Origin: a virus
Virus record (IMG/VR): IMGVR_UViG_2754412344_000002
Span: 1,647 to 65,646 of that record
DNA: 64,000 nt
Strand: one strand, 5' to 3'
Position 1 is the first letter of the stretch; each line of letters begins with the position of its first letter. This document shows, in pieces, positions 45,026-55,456 of this stretch. Position numbers and translations under genes: made by a program. The notes below the pieces were generated by a model, which did no database searches, was not told the origin of the DNA, and saw nothing but the letters and a program-made list of their open reading frames with translations.

Positions 45026-45310
45026 ATGGGTCACATCAACATCTCCAATGGCCGCAATTTCACGGCCCCCTACACGTTCTCCGAATATCCCAAGTGGGTG
45101 ACGCTGGCCGATGGATCGCAGGTCATCGTGCATGACGAGGACGAAGAAGCGTCTGCAATGGGCGCTGATGCTGCGGACGCCCAGTCCGTGCGCGAAGAAA
45201 TCTCCGAGCGTGAACGCTTGTTCGCAGAGGCGCGAGCACTCGGGCTGAAGCCACATCACAAGATGCGATCGGAACGGCTTCGAGAAATGATCGACGCTGC
45301 GAAATCCTGA
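45026..45310 (+). CDS. Head-associated hypothetical protein
   Basis: EYPKWV...VHDEDEE; C-terminal GLKPHHKM..E.L HeH-like motif. Confidence 0.7.
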   Translation: MGHINISNGRNFTAPYTFSEYPKWVTLADGSQVIVHDEDEEASAMGADAADAQSVREEISERERLFAEARALGLKPHHKMRSERLREMIDAAKS

Positions 45311-45327
45311 CCTTTCGAGGAAATCTC

Positions 45328-45750
45328 ATGAAGAAGCTTTTCGGTTTTATCGCTACTGCGGTTGCTGTTGCATTTGCTGCCCTTTCGGCTCCTGCATATG
45401 CTCAGTTCAACGCGAACAATGGCTTTTCGACCATCAACACCCAGTGTGGCACGTACTTCCTCCAAGGCAGTACCTACTACAACTGGCAAGGCGTTTCGGT
45501 TGGCTCGTCGCTCCCCTTTTGCGCCGGTTCGATGAGTTCGCAAAACGCAAACTCGGCGCTCGTGATCCCGGCGAAGTACACGAACGCAACGCTTCCGACC
45601 TGCAACGCATCGAGCGCTGGTCTGGTCGCGATCGAGACGGACGGCGCTGCTAGCCCGGTCTATGCGGCTACTGCAACGGGTGGCGGCACGCTGTACGTGG
45701 AAGTGCTCTGCACGAACAGCAACGGCTCGTATAGCTGGACGAACCACTAA
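45328..45750 (+). CDS. Protein with Sec signal peptide and beta-rich body
   Basis: MKKLFGFIATAVAVAFAALSAPAYA|Q; C-terminal ATLPTCNAS..G...TDG fibre-like module. Confidence 0.75.
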   Translation: MKKLFGFIATAVAVAFAALSAPAYAQFNANNGFSTINTQCGTYFLQGSTYYNWQGVSVGSSLPFCAGSMSSQNANSALVIPAKYTNATLPTCNASSAGLVAIETDGAASPVYAATATGGGTLYVEVLCTNSNGSYSWTNH

Positions 45751-45753
45751 GCC

Positions 45754-48417
45754 ATGCGCAAGTATTGGGACGTCGTTTTCTTCACCAACAGCATCCCTGC
45801 TGCTGGGGCAAAAGTATTTGTGACGGATTCCACGTCCGGGAACCTCGTCACGCTCTATTCTGACAACGGCGTTACCCAAATCACGAACCCGGTCACGTGT
45901 GATCAGACCGGGTTCTACTCATTCTATGTCGCTGATGGTACTTACAACCTTCAGTACATGATTGGCCCGGTCACTCTGCGCACGCTAACTAATGTGCAGA
46001 TCTATGACCAAAGCAATATCCCGGAAATTTCCGGAGCGGTCACGATCACGAACGAGATAGCGGATGGTACTGCTACTGATGCGGCGACGCTGACGGGTGC
46101 AGAAACGATTCCGATGTCGCGTGGCGTTGGCCTTCTGCAAACTTCGCTTACCAAGATTGGTCAATGGGTTCTACAGACCTATCAGGGATTCACGCAAGGA
46201 GCGACTGGGTCTGTCAATCGCACGGTCAAGTCGAAGTTAAGCGATGTGGTCTCTGTGGCTGATTTCGGCGCTGTAGGTGATGGAGTGACGGACGATACGA
46301 TAGCAATCACTAACGCCATCACGTATGCCGCAACAAACGACGTTCCGCTGTATTGGCCTGCCGGAAAAATTTACGGTGTGACTAACGTCAACGTCAGTGT
46401 TGGCGGAGGCGTCTTTGATTGGACTGGGTTTGCTCGTATCAAACAGCTTGCAACCGGCAATCCTGCTTTACCCGTACTGCTCATAGGCGGCGTTGTAGTA
46501 GGCAATACTACCGCAACCGCAACTTCGCTTTCGCAAAGTCAAACGCTTACGCTAGCGAGCGTGGCAGGTATCCAGCCAGGATATTTGCTTAGAGCCATGA
46601 CAGATCGCCTTGCATATGGAGCGCATCAGTTCGATCCCAATAATGCTTTCGGTCAATTATGCAAGGTTCAATCAATTGCTGGGAATACCGTCACACTTAC
46701 TGACAATCTTGTTTTTGATATGCCTGTCGGCACTATCACTAGCGGGACCGCGCAAGCCGGAACTAGTGGCACCATCACGCTTTCTGCGTCCGATTCATCG
46801 ACATATTACCAACTAAAGAATTACCTATTGACTATCACAGCTGGAACAGGAGCTGGGCAGTCAAAATATATTGATCTATATAATCCATCGACAAAAGTCG
46901 TGGATATCGGCACTAGTTACACCGGTATTCCTCAGGCACCGTGGGCGACGATTCCAGACAATACGTCGCAGTATTCTGTCGCCGCGACAGTTTCTGTTCG
47001 AATTATTCAACCAGCCTATATCAAGGACCTTGCAAACCTTGAGTTGCAAGGATATCGCGTCCCATCGGTCTCAACTAATGGCCTACAGTTCCAATTTTGC
47101 GACGCTCCCAATATATATGGCGTGAAAATATGGGATTGTAGCGTACAGGCGCTTATTGATTACCAGAACTATCATCCAAAGATGATTTCGTGTGATATAT
47201 CTGGTGCAAATGTAAATAACGCCGGAAACACCACGTTTGGATTCGGGCAAGTTAGTTACGGGAGTTATAGCCCGATTATTGCATACTGTACATTCAGTAA
47301 TTGCAGCCAAGCATGCGATGCCAACAACGCAACCATGTTTCTGACTCGCATCGGGAATGTTATCAATGGCGGCGGCATGAGTTGGGATGGCGTCACGCCG
47401 ATGTGGCCGGCCACAACAACTATGCAGACGTGTGGTCTTGCGACTCATACTAGCGTCTTTGGATGTGTAGACCAAGGGAACACAATCACCGATGTTTTTT
47501 TTAACAAACAACGGGGGATGTGGCAAACGTTCATTGGTAATACATTGCGCGGGCGTATGCAATATTGCGTTCAACCATCGTATGCTACCAGCGTTACGTA
47601 TCTTGATAATGTCTATGATGATGGCATGACAAATCAGCCATCGACGGGGACAAATGGAATAATTAGTGGCGATGACGGGTTGCCAATTGTGTCGTCATTC
47701 GTGAATCGGCCGCTTGCGTTCATGAATTTGCGGTTTAACACGATGGTTATCAACGCATCTATAGTTGCGAAAGGTAATGTCGTAAAAAGCCTGAATTCTA
47801 CGTTCGTGTGGGTAACGGATTGCGGTGTCGCTCCTGGTGGGGACTCCCCCAATAATATTGCCCTTACGACTACCGACAACGATATAGATATCGTTTCTTC
47901 AGGTTCTGGGTTGCTTGGCATCGTAGAAAGTGATGGATCTGGGGCGCCTAACTTCGCGCAATTTACCTCCTATCATAATGTTGTGCGTGTCGGCGGCACG
48001 TCTTATCTTGGATCGGTGCAGGCCGACAACATCAACCTGTATCCGTTTTTATCCAACATAACAGTGAGTAACCCACTGACTTTTCAGATGGGTATCAACA
48101 AATGGCTATGCATATTGCCAGCTAACACGGTCACGCCACTAACTTTCCCGGTTGGTAACAATACATTCAGACTTACAGTCTTCGAGAAAGATTCAGCAGC
48201 GTCCAATGTTTTCGATGGGATCGTAACGCGAGGCAATACGACTCCGATTGCGTCATTTGCCAATACAAACGTTAATTTTTCAACAGGAACGCCTAGCGGG
48301 TCAGCGGGCACTGCCGGGAATGTATACGTTTTTATCAGAACGGACGCTTTATATATAAGCAATAAGAACAGCACCCAATGCAATTTCGTAGTGATGCTCA
48401 GTGGAGCTTATGACTGA
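45754..48417 (+). CDS. Tailspike/receptor-binding protein 1 (beta-helix)
   Basis: RTVKSKLSDVVSVADFGAVGDGVTDDTIAI pectate-lyase-3-like entry motif; low-GC C-terminal two thirds. Confidence 0.85.
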   Translation: MRKYWDVVFFTNSIPAAGAKVFVTDSTSGNLVTLYSDNGVTQITNPVTCDQTGFYSFYVADGTYNLQYMIGPVTLRTLTNVQIYDQSNIPEISGAVTITNEIADGTATDAATLTGAETIPMSRGVGLLQTSLTKIGQWVLQTYQGFTQGATGSVNRTVKSKLSDVVSVADFGAVGDGVTDDTIAITNAITYAATNDVPLYWPAGKIYGVTNVNVSVGGGVFDWTGFARIKQLATGNPALPVLLIGGVVVGNTTATATSLSQSQTLTLASVAGIQPGYLLRAMTDRLAYGAHQFDPNNAFGQLCKVQSIAGNTVTLTDNLVFDMPVGTITSGTAQAGTSGTITLSASDSSTYYQLKNYLLTITAGTGAGQSKYIDLYNPSTKVVDIGTSYTGIPQAPWATIPDNTSQYSVAATVSVRIIQPAYIKDLANLELQGYRVPSVSTNGLQFQFCDAPNIYGVKIWDCSVQALIDYQNYHPKMISCDISGANVNNAGNTTFGFGQVSYGSYSPIIAYCTFSNCSQACDANNATMFLTRIGNVINGGGMSWDGVTPMWPATTTMQTCGLATHTSVFGCVDQGNTITDVFFNKQRGMWQTFIGNTLRGRMQYCVQPSYATSVTYLDNVYDDGMTNQPSTGTNGIISGDDGLPIVSSFVNRPLAFMNLRFNTMVINASIVAKGNVVKSLNSTFVWVTDCGVAPGGDSPNNIALTTTDNDIDIVSSGSGLLGIVESDGSGAPNFAQFTSYHNVVRVGGTSYLGSVQADNINLYPFLSNITVSNPLTFQMGINKWLCILPANTVTPLTFPVGNNTFRLTVFEKDSAASNVFDGIVTRGNTTPIASFANTNVNFSTGTPSGSAGTAGNVYVFIRTDALYISNKNSTQCNFVVMLSGAYD

Positions 48418-48461
48418 TTTTTATTTTCGCAATTGCTTTCCAAGATATTAGATCTAACGCA

Positions 48462-49223
48462 ATGACAATCGCCATTTCGACCGTTCCTCCCCAGACAACA
48501 GTTCGAGACATCATCAATCTCGCTCTGAAGACTGCGAACGTTCTCGGCGTCGGCCAAGTCGCGTCCGCTGAGGACATGACGGACTCGTTCAATCTGTTGA
48601 ACATGTTGATGGCGCAGCTCCAGCGGCGCCGCTACATGATCTACCAGCTCGTTACGCTGGCGAAACAGGCGACGGGCGCGATTTCGTACACGGTTGGGCC
48701 TGGTGGCGATTTTGATGTAGCACGTCCGGCGAAACTGGAGTCTGCATTCTTCCGTCAGAACGTGCAAACTCCCCTTCCGGTGGATTACCCGCTGGAAATT
48801 CTTCGATCGACCGAAGACTACAACCGGATCTCGATCAAGAACCTGAATGCCTTCCCGCGATATGCCTTTTACGATATGGCATACCCGATCGGCAATCTGT
48901 ACGTATGGCCCGTGCCGAACTCGATGTATGAGATTCACATCACGGTCATGCAGCAACTCCAACAGTTCCAGACCGTCAACGACACGATTGCTATGCCGCC
49001 TGAATATAGCGCGGCTTTGATGTGGAATCTTGTGCTTGAGTTGTACCCGTTTTACGGGTTGCCGGTCAGCGACGTTGTGCGAGGTAAGGCAGAGGCTTCG
49101 CTTCGGATCATCGAAGAAGCAAATACGGCGATTCCGCAGCTTCAGTTGCCGCCGTCTGTGCGGCCTCAACGGGGAGCAACTTACAACGTGTACGGGGACT
49201 TCCAGATCGGGAGCACCCCGTGA
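48462..49223 (+). CDS. Head-tail adaptor (P22 gp4-like)
   Basis: DIINLAL...VLG.GQ..SAED..D....LN.L motif; position. Confidence 0.7.
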   Translation: MTIAISTVPPQTTVRDIINLALKTANVLGVGQVASAEDMTDSFNLLNMLMAQLQRRRYMIYQLVTLAKQATGAISYTVGPGGDFDVARPAKLESAFFRQNVQTPLPVDYPLEILRSTEDYNRISIKNLNAFPRYAFYDMAYPIGNLYVWPVPNSMYEIHITVMQQLQQFQTVNDTIAMPPEYSAALMWNLVLELYPFYGLPVSDVVRGKAEASLRIIEEANTAIPQLQLPPSVRPQRGATYNVYGDFQIGSTP

Positions 49224-50644
49224 AGTTTGCACTTACCACGGGAGCTTATTCTGCAAAGTCGCTGGTCGCGAACGCGCAGCGCTGCGTGAATTTGTATGCC
49301 GAAAAGAATACGCAAGACTCTCCGTTCCCGTTTACGTACTACCAAACGCCGGGTCTTACGCAGCTAGTCATGGCAACACCGACATCTGGAAGCGGCTGGC
49401 GCGCGCTATTTGCTGCGTCTGATGGATACGGGTACGGAGTGTGTGGGTCGACCGTCTATAAGATCGATTCGTCGTGGAATCTGAAGAAGCTGGGCGACAT
49501 CGCGAGCCAAACCGGTTTCGTCTCGATGATCGACAACGGCACGACGTTGATGATCGTAGATGGCTCGACTCAAGGTTGGCTTGTTACCTTGAATAGCGGT
49601 GCATTCTCAGCAGTAATTGACCCGGGATTCTACGGTTCGGCGCGGATTGATTTCGTTGACGGGTATCTCGTATTCAACCGCCCGGGTACGTCGCAGTGGT
49701 ACATCTCGCTCGTCAACGAAACTAACTTTGATGCTACGGATTTTGCTTCGAAGTCGGGATTCTCCGATCAGCTCGTCGCGGTAGCTGTTGCCAAGCGCTA
49801 CGTCTACCTTTTTGGCGAAGCAACGACCGAAGTTTGGTTTGACGCTGGCGATACGCCCTTTCCGTTTGATCGTCTGCCCGGCGTATTCATCCAGTTTGGG
49901 TGCACGTCGGCCGCATCGATTTCGCAGATGGACGGTGACATTTACTGGCTGGCGCAGTCGCCGCAAGGTAATGCGGTCGTCTGCAAGACCGAACAGTTCA
50001 GCGCCTCGCAGATTTCGACGTTCGCTATCGACAATGAGATTGCCTCCTATCCGGATCTGAACCAAGCAATCGGGTTCACGTACCAGATCGAAGGCCATTT
50101 TTTCTACGTGCTGACGTTCCCGGTCAGCGATAAGACGTGGCAGTTTGACCTTAGCACGGGTCAATGGAACGAGCTTGCTTGGGTCGATACGAACGGCAAT
50201 TTGCATCGCCATCGCGCGAACTGCTATGCCTTTATCAATGGCGTTCCTGTCGTCGGTGATTGGCAGAACGGGAATCTGTATAAGTGGGACGTTTCAAACT
50301 ACACGGACAACGGCAATCCGATTCCACGCATTCGGTCGTTCATGCACAGCGTTGACGACAACTCGGATCGTATTCGCTATCGCGAGTTTATTGCGAATAT
50401 GGAAGTGGGTAATGGCAACAACTATGCCCCCGTTCCCGTGTTTCTTCGTTGGAGTGACACCCGTGGTAAATCGTGGGGAAACGCTATCAGCACGAGTCTG
50501 GGTCTAGAAGGCGAATACCTGACTTCATTGCAATTTCAACGGCTCGGAATGGCCCGTGACCGGGTGTTCGAGCTTTCATGGTCGGCGCCAGTCAAGACCG
50601 CGCTTCTTGGGGCATGGGTGCAGGCGCAATCGAACAACCAGTGA
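49220..50644 (+). CDS. Packaged-DNA stabilisation/tail hub protein (P22 gp10-like)
   Basis: Beta-propeller-like, FVDGYLVF, FGEATTEVW, GMARDRVFE. Confidence 0.85.
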   Translation: MKFALTTGAYSAKSLVANAQRCVNLYAEKNTQDSPFPFTYYQTPGLTQLVMATPTSGSGWRALFAASDGYGYGVCGSTVYKIDSSWNLKKLGDIASQTGFVSMIDNGTTLMIVDGSTQGWLVTLNSGAFSAVIDPGFYGSARIDFVDGYLVFNRPGTSQWYISLVNETNFDATDFASKSGFSDQLVAVAVAKRYVYLFGEATTEVWFDAGDTPFPFDRLPGVFIQFGCTSAASISQMDGDIYWLAQSPQGNAVVCKTEQFSASQISTFAIDNEIASYPDLNQAIGFTYQIEGHFFYVLTFPVSDKTWQFDLSTGQWNELAWVDTNGNLHRHRANCYAFINGVPVVGDWQNGNLYKWDVSNYTDNGNPIPRIRSFMHSVDDNSDRIRYREFIANMEVGNGNNYAPVPVFLRWSDTRGKSWGNAISTSLGLEGEYLTSLQFQRLGMARDRVFELSWSAPVKTALLGAWVQAQSNNQ

Positions 50645-50646
50645 CC

Positions 50647-51414
50647 ATGGCTAACCTGCAAGCAAACGTCCCGCTGATTGATGTGCCTCCGGTTGACCCA
50701 AAGACCGGGAAGTGGAATGAAGCATGGTTCCTTTTCCTCGTGCAGCTTTTCCGGCGCACTGGCGGAACGAACGGCGGTGACGGGCAATTGACGATTGAAG
50801 ACGTGCTGGGCGTCGAAGAAACGTTCGCACTTCCTCCGATTGATACGTCATCCCCGCTCAGCGAAATGACGCTGGCTCAGCCGAGCAGCGACACGTTGAT
50901 CGACATGCTGTTTGCGTCGCCCGTGAACACTGATTACGCGCAAGCTGCGGCCACTGTAACGCTCGGGGCATCGCCCGCAACCTATACGGCCACGTCTCGC
51001 CAAGGATTCCATATCACAGGAGGCGCAGTAACGGCTCTAACGCTTCAGCGCGGGCCGACAGTGCTCCCGGTCGGTAATTCGGCGTCAGACATCGTGGACA
51101 AGACGTTTGTATCTGGGACTGATTTCACGCCGGGTACAACCACAACGCTGACTTTGCCGAACTCGTTTGGTGCGATCTCGCGGCTATGGCTGTTCTTCGA
51201 TGCGACGTTCCAAGGCGATGACCAGATCCTGTCTCTGGTCGGAACGACGCTCACACTCACAAGCGCCATTCCTGTAGGAACTAGCCGTGTGTATGTGAAG
51301 GGTCTGCTGCAAGGCGCTGTAGGTATCGGCTCGACGCTGATTGAGTTGAACGCTGGCGACAAGGTGAACGTCACCTATTCGAGCGCACCGACTGTAACGA
51401 TTTTGCCGAGGTAG
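50647..51414 (+). CDS. Tail protein sharing a ~72-aa domain with RBP2
   Basis: P.ID..TG.W..AWF.FL N-terminus; GTDFTPG.TT.LTLP...FFDA domain. Confidence 0.7.
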   Translation: MANLQANVPLIDVPPVDPKTGKWNEAWFLFLVQLFRRTGGTNGGDGQLTIEDVLGVEETFALPPIDTSSPLSEMTLAQPSSDTLIDMLFASPVNTDYAQAAATVTLGASPATYTATSRQGFHITGGAVTALTLQRGPTVLPVGNSASDIVDKTFVSGTDFTPGTTTTLTLPNSFGAISRLWLFFDATFQGDDQILSLVGTTLTLTSAIPVGTSRVYVKGLLQGAVGIGSTLIELNAGDKVNVTYSSAPTVTILPR

Positions 51415-51416
51415 TA

Positions 51417-51758
51417 ATGAAGCGCGTCCCCGTAGCAATCGCACCTGTTCAGCTCACTACGAGCAATCAAATCGTCTATACGGTTCCGGCAGGTACGACT
51501 ACGACCATTGGGAATTTGTCGATCACGAATACATCGGCCGCAGTGGTATCGGTGAATCTCTACAACGTGCCGTCGGGCGGAACCCCTTCGGCGGCCAACC
51601 AATTCGCTCCCACGTTTTCCCTGTCTCCTGGACAACCGTGGGTCCCTCCCCCTGCTATCGGCCTGAGCATGGGAGCTGGTGCAACTTTGCAGGCTAGTGC
51701 GTCCGCAGGCGCGTCTTTGACGCTGATGGGCGGTGTTTACGAAACCAGCGGCTCTTAG
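51417..51758 (+). CDS. Virion structural protein (putative)
   Basis: 113 aa beta-rich, structural operon. Confidence 0.7.
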   Translation: MKRVPVAIAPVQLTTSNQIVYTVPAGTTTTIGNLSITNTSAAVVSVNLYNVPSGGTPSAANQFAPTFSLSPGQPWVPPPAIGLSMGAGATLQASASAGASLTLMGGVYETSGS

Positions 51759-51790
51759 CCTGCATGGGTCATTATTTAGGGAGTTAGCAG

Positions 51791-52132
51791 ATGAGCAATT
51801 ACACGCAAGGCGTCATGACGAGTGATGCACAACTTGACTCGGTCACGATGACCAGCAAGGGCGCAACCAAGATCACGCGGATGTACAACATCAAACAAAC
51901 GCTGACGCCAACGTCTGTCGGCGCAAACACGACCGCGATCCAGACGTTCACCGTCAACGGTCTTGCTGTTGGCGACAGCATCGATGTGAACAAGCCGTCC
52001 CATCAAGCAGGTCTGTCGATCGGCAACGTGTTTGTTAGTGCTGCGAATACGCTGCAAATCCAGTTCGTCAATACGACGGGATCTCCGATCACGCCCGCAT
52101 CCGAACAGTACATCATCGGCGGAATGGCCTGA
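51791..52132 (+). CDS. Virion structural protein (putative)
   Basis: 113 aa, VNGLAVGD...GLSIGNVFVSAANTLQI.F.N. Confidence 0.7.
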   Translation: MSNYTQGVMTSDAQLDSVTMTSKGATKITRMYNIKQTLTPTSVGANTTAIQTFTVNGLAVGDSIDVNKPSHQAGLSIGNVFVSAANTLQIQFVNTTGSPITPASEQYIIGGMA

Positions 52133-52707
52133 TGCGGAATTTCCAAAAAATCGCAGAGGGCGTCAATGTAACGCCCTTGCTCAATGCACTGTACCGAAAG
52201 CCGGACCTCTGGAAGGCGGACGATTTCTTGCGGAAGTACCCGCAAGGCCCGTTCGGTGATACCGACACGATCTATCTGCGATTTCAAGATCATGTCCACG
52301 TCAATTCGGCTGAGGAGGAAGAGCTTTACAAGCAGAACAAGCTCGCCGGTCATGATCTGCATGAGTGCCCGTGGCGCCCAGAGGTCAATGAGTTGCCCGA
52401 AGCTCGCAATCACATTATGGCGCTGATGACTGCTCTTGGCGGGACGCGGCTCGGTCGGTGCATGGTGAATCGCCTTAAGCCGGGGGGGCGCATTTTCCCG
52501 CACGCTGATTCGCCGTGGCATGCGGAATACTGGGATCGATATCACCTTGTTCTGCAATCGGAGCCAGGCAATACGTTCCGATGTGGTGATGAGCAAGTAT
52601 GGATGCGTCCTGGCGAGATTTGGTGGTTTCAGAACGCGCTCGAGCATGAAGTTGTGAACAACAGCGCCGATGATCGTATCCACCTTGTAATTGATGTGAG
52701 GTTCTAG
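52132..52707 (+). CDS. Asp/Asn beta-hydroxylase-like 2OG-Fe(II) oxygenase
   Basis: L.PGG.I.PHAD, RYHLVL, GE.WWF.N..EHEV.N....RIHLVID. Confidence 0.88.
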   Translation: MRNFQKIAEGVNVTPLLNALYRKPDLWKADDFLRKYPQGPFGDTDTIYLRFQDHVHVNSAEEEELYKQNKLAGHDLHECPWRPEVNELPEARNHIMALMTALGGTRLGRCMVNRLKPGGRIFPHADSPWHAEYWDRYHLVLQSEPGNTFRCGDEQVWMRPGEIWWFQNALEHEVVNNSADDRIHLVIDVRF

Positions 52708-53159
52708 TGATTACGTTTGCGATCGAACGGTTCAGCGATGTGTATGGCGAGCTTAAGCCGTTGCTGGAAGAGCACTACGGTGAAATTTCGACGCATATCC
52801 ATCATGGCATCGCATTGGAGCCTCAAGAGGAAGTGTATCGAGCGCGTGAAGCGGATGGCTCACTGATGATGGTGATCGGTCGCGAAGCTGGAGAAATCGT
52901 CGCCTACTTCGTGTGCTTTATCGCACCGGGTCTTCATTACCGCTCATGCCTCACCTGCTCGCCCGACATTTTTTATGTGGCTCCCGAGCGACGCACCGAG
53001 CTTGCTGGCATTCGCATGTTCCGGTTCGTGGAGAAAGAACTGAAGCGACGCGGCGTGAAGCGATGGGCTGTTGGAAGCAAGGTTCAACACGATGCATCGG
53101 CGCTGTTCAAGTTTCTCAAGTTTGAACCGGTCGAAACGACTTACGAAAAGTGGCTGTAA
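52707..53159 (+). CDS. GNAT-family acetyltransferase-like protein
   Basis: DIFYVAPERR....G..M..F.E..L..RGV..W; precedes ejection proteins. Confidence 0.8.
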   Translation: MITFAIERFSDVYGELKPLLEEHYGEISTHIHHGIALEPQEEVYRAREADGSLMMVIGREAGEIVAYFVCFIAPGLHYRSCLTCSPDIFYVAPERRTELAGIRMFRFVEKELKRRGVKRWAVGSKVQHDASALFKFLKFEPVETTYEKWL

Positions 53160-53171
53160 CAGGGAGTTGAC

Positions 53172-53966
53172 ATGGTAGCAGCAGCAATCGGTGGTGCAGC
53201 GGTAGCAGGCTTGGCGGGTTCCGCCATGCAGGCCGGGGCGGCCTCGGACGCTGCTAGCGCACAAGCAGACGCCGCAAATAATGCAGCTGGTCTGCAATGG
53301 CAGCAGTTCCAGCAGATGCAGAAGAACTTGCAGCCGTACATGAACCTTGGTACTAACAATATCCAAGGTATGCAGGATCAGCTCGCGAAACTTGGAGGGA
53401 TGCAGTTCAGCTTCAACCCGACTGAAGCGCAGCTCGAACAGACGCCCGGTTACCAGTTCACTCTCCAGCAAGGCTTGAAGAATACGAACAACGCACTGGC
53501 CGCCAAGGGCCTGAATTTGTCCGGTGCGCAGGCCAAAGGGCTATCGCAATATACAACAGGACTCGCGGATCAAACGTTCCAGCAACAGTATCAAAACGCG
53601 TTGCAACAGTTTGCGACAAACTACGGTGTCAACACGGACCAGTTCAACCGTCTTTCCGGCCTCGTTGGTCTCGGTGAAAATGCTGCCGCTGGCGTTGGTA
53701 ACGCCGGTCTTCAAACCGCATCGAATGCGGGCAACATTCTCATGTCAGGCGCGAACGCTCGCGCGGCTGGAACGGTTGGATCGGCTAATGCTATCAGCAA
53801 CGGCTTGTCGTCACTTGGGGGCAATGGATTGCTGTATTCGCTCATGAACAACAATGCTGGCGGCGCAGGCGGATTTTACGGTGGCAACTTCAGCACTGGT
53901 ATTAGCCCTGCCGACTACGCAACAAGCTCAATGTCGGGCCTCGGCGGCCTTGGATACGGGTACTAG
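53172..53966 (+). CDS. DNA ejection (pilot) protein, P22 gp7-like
   Basis: Gly/Ala/Gln-rich, TPGYQF.LQQG, SGAQAKGL. Confidence 0.8.
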   Translation: MVAAAIGGAAVAGLAGSAMQAGAASDAASAQADAANNAAGLQWQQFQQMQKNLQPYMNLGTNNIQGMQDQLAKLGGMQFSFNPTEAQLEQTPGYQFTLQQGLKNTNNALAAKGLNLSGAQAKGLSQYTTGLADQTFQQQYQNALQQFATNYGVNTDQFNRLSGLVGLGENAAAGVGNAGLQTASNAGNILMSGANARAAGTVGSANAISNGLSSLGGNGLLYSLMNNNAGGAGGFYGGNFSTGISPADYATSSMSGLGGLGYGY

Positions 53967-53974
53967 GAGACACG

Positions 53975-55456
53975 ATGCCGCTCGATCCCTCGATCCCCCT
54001 GCAAATCCAGACGCAGCAGAATCCGTTTCAGGCCATTCAGCAGCCGATCCAGACTGCGGCCGGGCTGCTTGCGCTCAAACAGAATTCCATGCGCCTGAAC
54101 GCGAATCAGGCCATTTCTGATGCCTATTCGCAGTCGTTAAATCCCGATGGATCTGTGGATTTCAATAAGCTTCAGACGTTGGCAAGCCAGAACGGCGCTG
54201 GCGCATTTTTGCCCGAATTCATGGGGCAAATTGCACAACAGCGAAACAGCCAACTCCAGTACGACACCGGCAAGCTTGATCTCGCACTGAAGCAACAACA
54301 GGACATCCGCAACCGCATTGGGTCGCTCGCGCTTGATCCGAATCTCGGCAAAGCGGACATGTCTAGTTCTATCGTGCAGCAGATCACCCAAGCGGTCCAG
54401 AACGGGACACTGCCGCTTGATCAAGGTGTGCGTGAGATTCAGTCGATTCCGTCAGACCCGAGCGCTCAAGCTGGGTGGGTGCGCAACCACCTAATGAACT
54501 CGCTGTCTGGCGAAGCGAAGATTCAGGCACTGATGCCGAAGGTTCAAACGATCGATAGCGGTGGTCAAGTCAATATCGTCCCGCTCAACACGATGACTGG
54601 CGCTCCGCAGGGGCAAGTCACGACTATCAACAAGACTCTTACTCCCGGTGAGGCGGCACAGCGCATCGCTGCGGTTGGGCCTGACGGCACTCCTGGGACA
54701 ATCCCCCTCGGGTCGACTGTTCCGGGGGCTCAGGGCGGATATACGGGACGTTACGGCGACCAGGGCGGCAACGGAGCGCCCGCTGGTTTCGTGGCGACTG
54801 GGATGAGTCCGGCCGCGCAGTCGGCGTCTGCCTCACAAGGTGCAACGTCTAACACCGCAGCACAGACGCTTCACGATGCCGCGGCCGATGCGCCGATGCG
54901 CCTCAATCTGCTCTCGCAAGCGCGAGATGCTCTCGCCGGAATCAACACGGGTCCCGGTTCTGACTGGCGCAATCAGGCGAAGTCGTTCTTCAATGCGTTG
55001 GCACCTGAGACCGCTAAAGCAATCGGATTCACCGGAGAAGTCAAGGATTACGACGAGTTCAAGAAGATCCTGACGAACTACGCGTCGTCGGTTTCTGGAT
55101 CGCTTGGGACGGGCACAGATGCGCGTTTGAATGCGGCTGTTACCGGGAATGCAAACCCGGGTATTTCGAAAATGGCGAACGAGGATATTCTCGCCAAGAC
55201 GATAGCCGCCGAGAAGATGCGCGCAGCGCAAGACTATGCATTCCAAAACTCTGGCTTGACGACCGACAAGTTCAACCAGTGGCAATCGCAGTGGAACAAG
55301 GCCGTCGATCCGCAGGCATTCGTCTACGACTCGATGAGTCCGAAGCAACGGCGCGCAATGCTTGAGCGCATGTCGCCTCAGCAGGTTCAGCAACTCCGAA
55401 GCAACTATAACGCGCTTGTGAACCAAGGGATTATCCAACCCGGGAGCGGCCAGTAA
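53975..55456 (+). CDS. DNA ejection protein, gp20-like
   Basis: MPLDPSIPL start, Gln-rich, position. Confidence 0.7.
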   Translation: MPLDPSIPLQIQTQQNPFQAIQQPIQTAAGLLALKQNSMRLNANQAISDAYSQSLNPDGSVDFNKLQTLASQNGAGAFLPEFMGQIAQQRNSQLQYDTGKLDLALKQQQDIRNRIGSLALDPNLGKADMSSSIVQQITQAVQNGTLPLDQGVREIQSIPSDPSAQAGWVRNHLMNSLSGEAKIQALMPKVQTIDSGGQVNIVPLNTMTGAPQGQVTTINKTLTPGEAAQRIAAVGPDGTPGTIPLGSTVPGAQGGYTGRYGDQGGNGAPAGFVATGMSPAAQSASASQGATSNTAAQTLHDAAADAPMRLNLLSQARDALAGINTGPGSDWRNQAKSFFNALAPETAKAIGFTGEVKDYDEFKKILTNYASSVSGSLGTGTDARLNAAVTGNANPGISKMANEDILAKTIAAEKMRAAQDYAFQNSGLTTDKFNQWQSQWNKAVDPQAFVYDSMSPKQRRAMLERMSPQQVQQLRSNYNALVNQGIIQPGSGQ

